This document shows positions 12,601-25,525 of a DNA stretch of 64,000 nucleotides, one piece after another. Origin of the DNA: Novakomyces olei (Eukaryota). Every line of letters starts with the position of its first letter. Position 1 is the stretch's first letter. The DNA is taken from positions 1,054,001-1,118,000 of the forward strand of contig JADEYG010000004.1 in NCBI GenBank assembly GCA_016906335.1, read 5' to 3'. The position numbers and the translations under genes were made by a program. The notes beneath the pieces were generated by a model. It saw only the letters and a list, made by a program, of their open reading frames with translations, was not told the DNA's origin and did not search any database.

Positions 12601-13596
12601 CTAATGCCAGACATTAAAAACAGGAGTCTTGTAGTCCGAACTTGACGGCATATCAGCCCATTGCTGAGCGATATTGTTTGCAGGGTTCCACTCACGACTC
12701 AGACGGCCAACCGTAGCGGGCGAAGGCAACAATGCGCTGTTAGGCACCGGTGAAGGAAGACGGGGATGCAAAGGGACTGGTGGCGGAGGCCAAATTTTGT
12801 ATAGACTGTGAAGGGACTTTATTTTTCTAGCTAATGTCCGTCTTTTATGAAGAGGCGAAAGCGTGAAATCTTGATTGAGAAAAAGAGGAGCAAGTGCCTG
12901 TTTCTCTTGCGCAATATTCTCTGTGTTGACTTTGCCAATTTGTCTGTTTTGTAATAATAAATGATTGTTATTCTTCAACAGCTCATGGTCTTTTGTAACT
13001 ATTGATTTGTTCTTTTCAGCAAACGGCTTCAATATCCCGTCATTGTGCATCTCCACTGGTTTGCAGACATTTTTATTGGTCATTTTCGGAATTTTGCTCT
13101 CATAAGGTAATTTCTCCATTATTTCATCTGTTCCATGCATTTCTTTAATTGTCCTTACAGTCAAACCCTCTGTTTCCTGGCTTTCAGTTACCTGTGAATC
13201 ACTCTTCCCTTGCTGCCCCATCTTTTTCGATTTCGACTTGTAACGAATTCGCACAAGAAGACTCCTTGCTTCTACGGGCTTTAATGCTTTGGCTTTTCGG
13301 CGAGGACGGTACTGCCAGCCAGGGTGTTCATTCAAATGCCGATCTGCTTCAAGTGCCGCCAATTCAATATATCTCCCTCGAACTTCCGGGGATTCCTGGC
13401 GCCATAATTCTGCAACGATAGAAGATATTTGTCGATTATCACGAAGCGGCATTTCCCTGCAGCGGTCTCGTCTATAAAGCATGAAAGAGTTGAGAGGTCT
13501 TTTGATTCGTTCTGATGAGGGACAGGGACATTCTGCACTTTTGCCTTTTTGTTTAAGCACAGGTTTAGCGAAACTAGCGTCTTTGCTGGAAAACAT
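12601..13596 (-). CDS. ste11: Ste11-like MATA-HMG transcription factor (sexual development)
   Basis: N-terminal HMG box IKRPLNSFMLYRRDR...ISSIVAELWRQESPEVR..Y..LAALE...H..EHPGWQYRP. KRPLNSFMLYRRDR matches S. pombe Ste11 as I recall it. First in-frame ATG at 13596. Confidence 0.82.
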   Translation of the reverse strand: MFSSKDASFAKPVLKQKGKSAECPCPSSERIKRPLNSFMLYRRDRCREMPLRDNRQISSIVAELWRQESPEVRGRYIELAALEADRHLNEHPGWQYRPRRKAKALKPVEARSLLVRIRYKSKSKKMGQQGKSDSQVTESQETEGLTVRTIKEMHGTDEIMEKLPYESKIPKMTNKNVCKPVEMHNDGILKPFAEKNKSIVTKDHELLKNNNHLLLQNRQIGKVNTENIAQEKQALAPLFLNQDFTLSPLHKRRTLARKIKSLHSLYKIWPPPPVPLHPRLPSPVPNSALLPSPATVGRLSREWNPANNIAQQWADMPSSSDYKTPVFNVWH

Positions 13597-13658
13597 GACA
13601 GTACTTTTCAGGATTTGTAGTAAAGAAATAATAAGCACAGGTTTTCTTTCGTATACGG

Positions 13659-13715
13659 GAACAAAGAGATTGTTCAAGGTGGAACAAAAATGAGAAGCCA
13701 CAAATTTCTTTGTTT
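13659..13715. promoter_or_regulatory. TR-box (Ste11 binding) elements upstream of ste11
   Basis: TTCTTTGTTT at 13706-13715 fits TTCTTTGTTY exactly. GAACAAAGAG at 13659-13668 is a one-mismatch inverted copy. Confidence 0.55.
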
Positions 13716-15320
13716 GGGGGAATAAAAGCGGTGCTTTTGTTTGCGTTTAGATTTGACTGTTGAACGTCTGACCTCCTTTTTTTTTTCTTTTTAATAAATA
13801 ATGCAAGTGGTTTCTTTTGAAATTTCCGAAGAACCGAAGTTCGGCATTGGAAGGTTTAAATATCTCGAAATTTATGCTTTGAACGGATGCAAAGGCAATT
13901 CATCTTGATCTGTCTTAATTGGGCATAAAAGGCAGAATACAAAGCCAAAAAATGTCCCTTGTCGACGTCTATATAATGCAATTCTTATTGTTTTATTATA
14001 AATTGAAAGTTCGCTGCGATACCGGTTTCGGTAATGGAGTAGGGGTGTACCGAGAATGCGGTCCTTTCTGTAATTCAACTTTAAAGGCTTATAAAATAAT
14101 TGAAATGGAGAAGAATGAAAAATAATATTAAAGGTAATAATACAAAGGAAAGCGAGGAGAACAAGGAGTATGAAGTTAGAAAGAAGAATATTGATATATC
14201 ATGGTAGCCATTAAATCAGTAGATAGCAATCATACTATGGCCTGACAACGCATTTAGTCATTAATTGAAAGTCTTTGCCGACAAATCGGTAAGCAAGGCC
14301 AATTAGACAGTCGAGTGCACAATCATCCCAATAATCGTGAACTTTGATCCAAAAATTTACTCCGTCTCCTTTGGCTTCTCGCTAATTGACAATCAAAAAA
14401 TAGCAATGTACGTAAACGATGATCATAGTCACAAATTTTAGTTTAACCTTTCGCTCAATCGTCAAAGCAAACAAAGGCTGTTTTAATAGTGCATTTGTTC
14501 CTCTTTATACATACTTTTGTGTTATACTCTGAGCTACTAACATGCCATATTGTCTAAGAGCAGCATGATGTTTTACTAGCAAATAATAAAAGCTCTTATA
14601 CGTGGCGACTACTATTGGAGACAGACTAATTATTTTGAGAAAATTTACAACAATGAGATAACTGAAGAAAGCTGGAGATCTGTTGAAGTCCTTCATTTAC
14701 TCCTGTATATTATTTGTACAATAAGTAGGCTGTTACTGAAGAATGTTTAGAGTTCAATATTTTGAATCTGGCATGGCTTCGTTCGTAGATAAAACACGCT
14801 TGCCTTATTTGATAAGTTAAGTAAATCGCTGAATATAAATTGAATGCATCATTTACACTATGAACCGGCCGCAAGCGCGAATTAAAACCCATATCATTTT
14901 ACCTATGCAATTCTCTCCATAAGACACCAACGTAATTGCGGCAAAGCAGCAGTATATCTGTAAAAATAGCACTTAAGGCACAGAGCACGAGTTTACAACG
15001 AGAGAAATATAATCTCATCATTCCAAATAATATTGAATCAACTGGAATTCATTCTAGCATTGGCCATTTTTGTAACTTTTTGGTCTTTCAGCCCTCAATA
15101 TTAGATATACTTGGATCGGTAGCGCGTAACATCTTTCATGGTTTTCAATGATAACCTTTTATTGCCATTTTAAGGTAATTTTATTGTTGATTTATCTGCA
15201 CCGTGTATATCAAATTAATTTTTGCACGGCGTTTGAATCTTAATTTTTGTAGACGGTAATTATTTTGCTTTTAGAGGAACTTCCGTGGCTTCAAGTTCGA
15301 TTAATCTATTCGCATCAAGA

Positions 15321-16627
<1,307 letters not shown>

Positions 16628-16832
16628 GATTTTAATTTCAATTAGGGTTTAGAAGAACAAAAGTTGTCAAATAGTATAGAGCGTGGTACATATATATGAC
16701 TAGAACGCGGTGTCGTATGAGTGACCCTTGGAAGAGCATATCGTACTGAATACACTACTGCACATAAAACTACTTTACTCAAAGATACCAATGGCCAAAT
16801 TTTCTCAATTTTGAATTAAGGCAAAGGCAAGT

Positions 16833-17306
<474 letters not shown>

Positions 17307-17536
17307 AGCGAGACAGCGGTGACCTTTGTTTGGTTTTGTAGTACAAGTTGGTTTCTACTGGGATCCAGAGTAGTGTAATTATAATTATATTATACTTTTA
17401 AAAATTATACTGCAAGTATTATACTGCAAGTATTGTACAAGGTGTTTTAAAAATATTTATATAGTATAAATACGCTTACAATATTTACAATATACGGGAC
17501 TGAAATATTTTTCTTTGTTGTCGGTAAACAGAAAAG

Positions 17537-17544
17537 CAGTCACG
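17537..17544 (+). promoter_or_regulatory. Homol-D-like box in the rps20/rps2 bidirectional promoter
   Basis: CAGTCACG; the S. pombe ribosomal-protein promoter element is CAGTCAC(A/G). Confidence 0.6.
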
Positions 17545-17659
17545 CACACGACACAATAAATTAAACAGAGGCGGCCGAGGGTCTGCATCTTTGTTTGTCG
17601 AGCAAACTTGGAAACTTCTTTTCCTCGCGCGAAAAGACCTGTGAGACAATTGTAAAAAA

Positions 17660-18427
17660 ATGTCAGAAGCTCCCCGTGCCTCTGGATTTGGCCGTGGCTC
17701 ACGTGGCGGTGCCCGTGGCCGCCGTGGACGTCGTGGTGGTAAACGCGATGAGGAGAAAGAGTGGCAGCCCGTAACCAAGCTCGGCCGTTTAGTGAAGGCC
17801 GGCAAGATCAAGTCGATCGAGGAGATTTACCTGTACTCTCTGCCTATCAAGGAGTATCAGATCGTCGACTATTTTCTGCCCAAATTGCAGGATGAGGTTA
17901 TGAAAATTACGCCTGTGCAAAAGCAGACCCGCGCTGGTCAGCGTACCCGATTCAAGGCCTTTGTTGTCATTGGCGACTCTGATGGCCACGTCGGCCTCGG
18001 TGTTAAATGCTCAAAGGAAGTTGCCACCTCTATTCGCGCGGCTATTATTCTCGCCAAGCTCTCTGTTATTCCCGTCCGCCGCGGATACTGGGGGACCCGT
18101 CTCGGTGACCCGCACACTGTCCCCACCAAGGTCACGGGCAAGTGCGGATCCGTCACGGCCCGTCTCGTTCCGGCCCCGCGTGGTACCGGTATCGTTGCTG
18201 CGCCAGTGCCCAAGCGTGTCCTGCAATTGGCTGGTATCCAGGACTGCTATACCCAGTCGCGTGGATCTACAAAGACACTGGGTAACTTTGTAAAGGCTAC
18301 TTTTGCCGCTATTGGCAACACGTATGCTTTCCAGACTCCTGACTTGTGGAAGGCCAACCCTTACTCTCAGACGCCTTACGAGGAGTTTGCCGATGTGCTT
18401 ATGGGCCAAAAGAAGGTAGCTTACTAG
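17660..18427 (+). CDS. rps2: 40S ribosomal protein S2 (uS5)
   Basis: RGG-rich N-terminus, [30 protein letters not shown]; intronless. Confidence 0.99.
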   Translation: MSEAPRASGFGRGSRGGARGRRGRRGGKRDEEKEWQPVTKLGRLVKAGKIKSIEEIYLYSLPIKEYQIVDYFLPKLQDEVMKITPVQKQTRAGQRTRFKAFVVIGDSDGHVGLGVKCSKEVATSIRAAIILAKLSVIPVRRGYWGTRLGDPHTVPTKVTGKCGSVTARLVPAPRGTGIVAAPVPKRVLQLAGIQDCYTQSRGSTKTLGNFVKATFAAIGNTYAFQTPDLWKANPYSQTPYEEFADVLMGQKKVAY

Positions 18428-19119
18428 AATCCCGTAGCCTGAATGGGACTGGCCTTTTAAAATTTGATTAATTCAGTTTGTTACATAGTATAGGGGAAAA
18501 GGTAGATGTCCCGTTTACCGTGTAGAATGTGTATTTGGCGTTTGCAAAGCGGTACAAGTCTACTGCTTGAATGGGTGTGAAGGGTTATTTGCCTAGCAAG
18601 GAGTCTCTCCCGAGTGGGACCTGTAAGAGCAAGCTGATTAATCGGCCTAGTCGCTACGCCGCCTGTTTGTATGACTGCGTTCTCTTTAGACGGCAAAAAT
18701 GATGAGGGTTTAGTAGGGTTCAAGGATAAATGAAAATACTGCTCTTCAGAAATGGTTCAACGAATCTGCGGCCGCTAATTACCAAGTTTATGGTATCTGA
18801 TCACAATCATCTATTATACATGGTCATGTTTTGTTTGAATATAGTCCAATATATTTCAATTGTAATACTCAACGCAACTAGTGGCACAATCGTCCGTCTA
18901 AATCAGCACAAAACAAATAATTCAAGTTTTGTAGCCGTCATAATTTCATTATCAGGGGTTCTGTTTCTTCATAATTCACAAGGCCGTTCGCTGACCGCTC
19001 AATATTTGGCCAATTTATACTGGCCAACTGCGGCAATACCAACGCTACCTTCTAATTCAAATTAAATCGATGCATATAAAAAAGAAGATAATACCAAGGG
19101 GTATTATTACATTTGGTGG

Positions 19120-19261
19120 AATAATTCATAAATAATTCATAAATAATTCATAAATAATTCATAAATAATTCATAAATAATTCATAAATAATTCATAAATA
19201 ATTCATAAATAATTCATAAATAATTCATAAATAATTCATAAATAGTTCATAAATAGTTCAT
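19120..19261. repeat. 11-bp minisatellite (AATAATTCATA)n, about 13 copies
   Basis: Seen directly; the last two copies read AATAGTTCAT. Confidence 0.97.
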
Positions 19262-20871
19262 GATCGACGTGTTTCCGTCTCATTTTTAACTACACCGTCC
19301 GGTGTGACAATGACAGTGGCAGCTTTACGTAAACGATTCATAATAGCAAGGCCCTCATCGGTTTCGGGGACACCTTCCACAAATATAACGTCCATTCCGG
19401 AATTGTCATCACTGTCACCAGATTTTGTCGTGTATTCGTCCAGTAAACGTAAACCATGAAAAAGCCTTCGGGAAATATCGGCACCGCTTTCACCTAATGC
19501 AAAGCTATGAAGCTCATCCTTGCTGTCACGTGCCAATGATTGACTTGAAGGATTGTTGTCACCTTCTGTAGTCCAATGCCGAGACGTCAGCACTCCAATA
19601 CGATGAAGTTCGTGAGGAACTCGGACATTCGCCTCTTGCAATGCCGGCCATACCGTGTCCGGCTCTAGGCCCTCGGATAACACTACCATCGTTCGGGGCG
19701 AGTAGTGCCTGTACTTCATGCCCGGTGTCCTTGGAACCTGACTGCCACTCTCTTCCTTTCTCGGTTCGTGTGGTGCAGGGTTTTCCAAAGTGCTTTTTTG
19801 TGCAGGGTTTTCTTCAACACACAAGGCAGGGTTTTCCTGAGTCGAGGCAGCAGTCGTGTCCTTCAGCTCGCTGGTTTGCTCGCCGCTCTGCTTTACTTTT
19901 GCGGCAGAGTACACGACGACTCTTTCCCAAACCCCGCCACAAGCCCTGACCTGCTCGAGGGAAACGCCGCCCGGCCGCAGAATGACGGGCGGGTCTACAG
20001 TTCCATCGACCACGGTACTCTCAACGCCCACGTGACACGGTCCTCCGTCCAGAATACAGGGTATTCTTCCATTCAAATCGCGAATCACGTGACCTGCTGT
20101 GGTGGGACTGGGTCGTGTGCTGCGATTAGCACTCGGAGCAGCGAGCGGAGTGTTTGTCAGTAGCAGGAGAGCAAGTGCTACGGGATGATTTGGCATACGT
20201 ACGCCCACTGTACTCTGGCCGGCAGTCACTAGCGTCGAAATTTCCGAGGCATGTTTATTTATAGGAATAATAATTGTAAGCGGTCCCGGCCAGTACCGTT
20301 CAATCAGAGGCCAGTAAACCTCCGGCAGCCAAGCACTCGCTGCTTTGGCCAGAGTCCGTTCTACAAAAGCCGGTCCACGATCTGCCAGAGCGGCTATAAA
20401 CGAGGCTTTCGGCCTCATTAGATCCTGTAATTGCTGTAAACTGGCGACATGGACAATCAACGGGTTATCCGCCGGCCGTCCTTTAACCGAGAATATATGC
20501 TGCACTGCCGAGTCCCTACGCACATTTGCTCCGAGCCCGTAAACCGTCTCTGTCGGGAACGCGATCGGCATATCCGTCGTTCGCAGAAGCTCGGCCGCCT
20601 CACGCAGATTAACCAGCGTATCGCTCTGTGAGATTTTCATTACCGGCTTTTCAAAGGGATGACGGTCGCCCGGAAGAGACCGAAACGAAATCAGGTCCGG
20701 ATCGACAGGGAGGATTCGTGTTTCATAGTACGAAGAAGACGATGACGATGAGGAAGATGAGGACGAGGAAGAGGAAGAGGAAGAGGAGGAATCGTAGTCA
20801 TCAGAACTGCCTTCCGCTTCCTGATGAGATCGTGTACGGGACAGCGTATCGCCACGCTGGCTCACGAGCAT
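19258..20871 (-). CDS. sua5: Threonylcarbamoyl-AMP synthase Sua5 (YrdC + SUA5 domains)
   Basis: AFPTETVYGLGA, KGRPADNPLIVHV, AAPSANRSTRPSPT, PGMKYRHYSP, GLAIMNRLRKAA. First ATG at 20871; poly-Ser N-terminus. Confidence 0.96.
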   Translation of the reverse strand: MLVSQRGDTLSRTRSHQEAEGSSDDYDSSSSSSSSSSSSSSSSSSSSYYETRILPVDPDLISFRSLPGDRHPFEKPVMKISQSDTLVNLREAAELLRTTDMPIAFPTETVYGLGANVRRDSAVQHIFSVKGRPADNPLIVHVASLQQLQDLMRPKASFIAALADRGPAFVERTLAKAASAWLPEVYWPLIERYWPGPLTIIIPINKHASEISTLVTAGQSTVGVRMPNHPVALALLLLTNTPLAAPSANRSTRPSPTTAGHVIRDLNGRIPCILDGGPCHVGVESTVVDGTVDPPVILRPGGVSLEQVRACGGVWERVVVYSAAKVKQSGEQTSELKDTTAASTQENPALCVEENPAQKSTLENPAPHEPRKEESGSQVPRTPGMKYRHYSPRTMVVLSEGLEPDTVWPALQEANVRVPHELHRIGVLTSRHWTTEGDNNPSSQSLARDSKDELHSFALGESGADISRRLFHGLRLLDEYTTKSGDSDDNSGMDVIFVEGVPETDEGLAIMNRLRKAATVIVTPDGVVKNETETRRS

Positions 20872-21172
20872 AGCGTAAGTACGCCGCCGCACTGAGCACG
20901 CTAGTGGCGGCCTCGAGATCCAAAAACGAAGCAGATCGAAAGACTTTGGTCAATGCGATAGAAGCCGATTTCCGGGTACTGTGGAGAAATTGTCGCTAAA
21001 CTCAATTGAGTGGGAATTTGTAAGGAATTGAGCTGAAGCAATTAGTCGCTCAGCTCCGCCGCCGATCGCGAGTGACAACGTGAAATTTGTAAGCTCCACT
21101 ATATTATTTACGTACTTGTGAGATTATCGTCAGTACTGATTACAGAAATCTCGCATTATACACGATCTATAT

Positions 21173-21279
21173 TAAAAATAAAAATAAAAATAAAAATAAA
21201 AATAAAAATAAAAATAAAAATAAAAATAAAAATAAAAATAAAAATAAAAATAAAAATAAAAATAAAAATAAAAATAAAA
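21173..21279. repeat. (TAAAAA)n microsatellite, about 18 copies
   Basis: Seen directly. Confidence 0.97.
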
Positions 21280-21619
21280 TATATATATGTAACCTTACAC
21301 GCTACACTCAAGTATTAAATATTAAATTAAAGTATTGTAGGCTTAGTTTGGAAAGAGCTACGAATCGTTAAGGAAGAGTAATACAAGTTCAATTGAAGAC
21401 AACGACTTCTGAGCAGATTGCTCGTCGCGTATTTGTATAGTATAGGGAATACGTACTGTGTGCGTGATGGATTGGCAGTGGATTTTGTATATTCACTGTA
21501 AAGTCATTCTACGCTTCAGTCTCCTATACGCCTCGTTCCAAAACTTGATCTGAAGCAACAACAAAAATCGTGTATCACGGATCGAATGAATAAAAAAAGT
21601 CTACTCAGCGTCCAAAGAT

Positions 21620-23427
21620 CTACTCCCATTCCACAGTTGCAGGCGGTTTGCTGCTGATATCGTAAACGACACGGTTCACGCCTTTAACCTCGTTGCAGAT
21701 ACGAGACGATACGTGGCGGAGGAAAGCTACACTGAACCCATCAAACCAATCAGCTGTCATGAAATCACGCGTGGTAATAGCGCGCAGGGCGATTACTTGC
21801 TCATACGTACGCTGGTCGCCCTGTACTCCGACCGCACGGACGGGAAGAAGGGCAGCAAAAGCTTGTGAAATATCACGATAGTACCCGGCCTGACGAATCT
21901 CTTCAATGAAAATATGGTCTGCCTGCTGAGCAATACGAATTTGATCCTGGTCCACGGCTCCCAAGATTCGAATAGCAAGGCCAGGGCCTGGGAAAGGGTG
22001 CCGCCAAACCAAATCTTCAGAGATTCCCATTAGCGTTCCGAGTTCGCGGACTTCGTCTTTAAACAGTTCACGCAGCGGTTCAATCAGTTTGAGCTTCATG
22101 TCTGCCAATAACCCTCCGACATTCTGTATATTAGTATAAATAGAGTAAATTTCCAATAAAACAAAGTATAGATAGACATGTACATAAAAGAGTGTATGAA
22201 AATAAACGGATTCTCTTGGTAAATGCATTTTTTTTATCTGTGTCTTACATGATGCGTCTTTATTGTCTGCGATGGACCCTTGAAGCTGATACTTTCAATC
22301 ACGTCCGGATACAAAGTTCCCTGTAGGAGAAACTCAATTTTCCCGCCAGTCGCAGAATCAATTTGAGCGGCTTCTGCCTCGAAAATATGAATAAATTCGT
22401 TGCCAATGATTTTGCGTTTTCGCTCAGGGTCAGAAACGCCTTGCAGTTTTTGCAAGAATCTTTCACCGGCATCAACAACGTCCAGGTTAATCCCAAGATC
22501 GCGAGTTAAAACCTGTTTTACTGTAGCAGCTTCATCGAGACGGAGCAGCCCATTATCCACCAAAATGGCATGAAATCGGTCACCGATTGCCTCGCGCATA
22601 AGTTTGGCCGCCACTGTGGAGTCTACTCCACCGCTCACGGCCCCCACAACTTGGCCCGTGGGCCCAACAAGGGCTCGGATACGTTCAATCTCCTTGTCCA
22701 CAAATTTACCCATTGTCCAGTCTGTTTTACACGCGCAAATCGTAGTAGCAAAATTGCGTAAAATCTCTGCCCCGCCTTGGGTGTGTGTCACTTCCGGGTG
22801 GAACTGGATCCCCCACATCGGCAATTCGTGGTGAGCAATTCCGGCAAAAGGCGCATTAGTGCTGGCGGCAATTACATCAAAGCCAGAGGGTAACGCGTCC
22901 AGCTTATCGCCGTGCGACATCCAAACCTCCAAGACCTCGTCGAGCCCACGAAACAGCGGGTTGACTTCACCTTTACCGCTTCCTTCTTTCAAATTTGTTT
23001 TAATATGAGCACGGCCATACTCGCGCTTCTCACCGGCAGCTACTCCACGGCCATTGTGCCAAGCCAGCTCTTGAAGGCCGTAGCAGATACCCAAGATGGG
23101 AACACCCAAGTCAAAGACAGCTGGGTCGACATGGGGCGCATCTGGCGCGTAGACAGAATAAGGACCGCCTGACAGAATTATGCCTTTGGGCTTAAAATCA
23201 AGATCCTTGATCTTTTGCGTGCAGGGAAGCATCTCTGCGTATACATGGCATTCTCGTAACCGCCGGGTTATCAGATGACTGTACTGAGACCCAAAATCGA
23301 GAATCAAGATTGTATCGAATACTTGATGCACCTGTAAAAGAAACGATTGTTTAGAAACGCATAACTGGAAATGAAGGGATTTTCTTACCTCGACGGGGCC
23401 GCTGCCGACAGTCGCGTCTGGAGCCAT
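21620..23427 (-). CDS. gua1: GMP synthase (glutamine-hydrolysing), 3 exons
   Basis: Exons 23427-23389, 23331-22249, 22123-21620. Motifs [42 protein letters not shown]. Confidence 0.98.
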
Positions 23428-23832
23428 TTGGATTGAATGTCAATAATTTTTTCTACTTAGACTATTGTTATTTTTTTATTTGCTGATTTCGTTATCAAAC
23501 TTTTTTATTTTTATTCATTTATTTTATTTTATTTTATGTATTATTCATTCATTTATTTATTTATTTTGATAAAATACTTTTTATCAAGTCTAATCTAAAG
23601 ATAAGAACACATATATAAATTTGGGTTGCTTTCCACCCAAAAGTATAGTAAAGGAATAATCTTACATGATACTATGAAAGAGATGAGTCCAATATAAACT
23701 CTATATATTCGGATATCACACGTTGTAGAGACTAAATCTGCGTGGCAAATATCTACAATCAAAACAACAAAAAGTTTAAAGTGCTGGGTATAGTGAATGC
23801 TCGATGCATAACCGTAAAAACTGGTGAAGGCG

Positions 23833-24144
23833 CTACTCACGCAAGTGACGGCAGACGAGGTATATCTCACGTGAAGCTGCACGTGATGCGTCCGGTTTGC
23901 TGCGGGCAACGCGAGTAAAAGCATTGCGTAATTCGGCTTCAAAATTGTCGAGGTCTGATCCGCCGATCGCTTTGCATATAAATGTACCGCCAGGCCGATC
24001 TGGCTGAGACCTTCGTAGAACGAGTTGAGAGAACTCGAAAGCCGCCCGACATAGGACCTGTTTGTTAGACCATATTTATAGGGAAATATATAAATAGATA
24101 GAAATGTAATGCCGCTTTTCTATCAAAATCAAATCAAATCAAAT

Positions 24145-24197
<53 letters not shown>

Positions 24198-25146
24198 ATG
24201 GCATACCATGCTCTCATGATGATCCTTGAATGCAACTCCGCTCATATTCGCCATCCTTTCGTATGGGTCAATAATGCTCGAATGCCGCAAGTTACGCGTA
24301 GGGGGAAGTGGGGCACACATATCGCTTAGAAGCACATCCACCAGATGTGTAGAGTTTTGGTCATCTCCCCGCGGAGGTAGACCGAGTCCATGTGAAGGAC
24401 CGTCGTCCGGCGCCGTTTCTGCGTAGGAAGCAAGTTCATCATCGGCTCGTAGGGCCGATGACTCCCACTCGTAAGGCCTTTGCAGAGAAATCCGTGGAGG
24501 TCTCCTGTACCTTCCTAAATCACTATCGCGCAAATACCTTTGGATTTCTTCCTGCGTCTCAGACATAAGAAAATTCCCCTGCAACGCCGATACTCCAACA
24601 GGAGCGGTAGCTGGAAGAACGTCGACACCGAGAACTCGGCCAGTCGTTCCTACCATTTTTACCGCAACCTGGCTCCACGCACCAGGAGCAAAACCCTACA
24701 TAGCTTTTAGTGGTAAAAAAATCTTTTTGTAACTAAATTCAGTTGAATTTCGTTTGTCTTTGATTTATTTTTATAATTGACTCTTTAGAATTCATATCGC
24801 TCTTCCTACCAAATCCACAACGGTATCGCCTTTGTGGAAAATGCCAAATTTTTCATGAATCTCTTTTAATTTCCATGCAGCCCGTGAGCGGTACTGGTCT
24901 ACCGTGCGCTACAACAAGTCAGACTAGTTCTCGTGAAGATGTTTGCTTTGAACAATTATTTCTTTTAAACAAAGAGCCCTGGTTGCTCGCAAAAGACAGA
25001 ATATTTATTCTTACCTTGTTACGATATAAATCGCCTAGCTGACGCTGTGCCCAAGCAGACCGGCCTGCCGCAGTCAGGCACTGAGAAAATAAGCGCAGAC
25101 TACGACACGCTGGCGAGATGCCTGCAAGTGCCTGTGGCCGTCGCAT
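23833..25146 (-). CDS. mrm2: Mitochondrial rRNA 2'-O-methyltransferase Mrm2 (FtsJ/RlmE), 4 exons
   Basis: Arg-rich presequence, YRSRAAWKL, VVDL|GFAPGAWSQVA, LLSDMC. The last exon 24057-23833 (not in the ORF track) gives GGTFICK...KPDASRAASREIYLV, so the K-D-K-E tetrad is intact. Confidence 0.92.
24146..24196. repeat. Poly-A run (about 51 nt) in mrm2 intron
   Basis: Seen directly; reads as poly-U just after the GTATGC donor at 24206. Confidence 0.9.
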
Positions 25147-25180
25147 GAAAACGAGTAAAGTGCAGTTTAATTAAACGCCA

Positions 25181-25448
<268 letters not shown>

Positions 25449-25525
25449 GACTTGATTTTACTTACACACTTGTACAAATCATTCACAGGGCGCTGATCCA
25501 TCAAAGGCCGATAAAGAATGGTATA

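Noticed and set aside
12601..13596. Mating-type locus (matMc/MAT1-2-1)
   Set aside because: The HMG box is N-terminal and Ste11-like, and no homeobox, alpha-box, sla2 or apn2 neighbour is visible.
19120..19261. CRISPR-like array
   Set aside because: Head-to-tail repeats with no spacers, in a eukaryotic context.
24146..24196. Poly-A run as a retrotransposon or retrocopy tail
   Set aside because: No element body or target-site duplication; it is a homopolymer inside an mrm2 intron.
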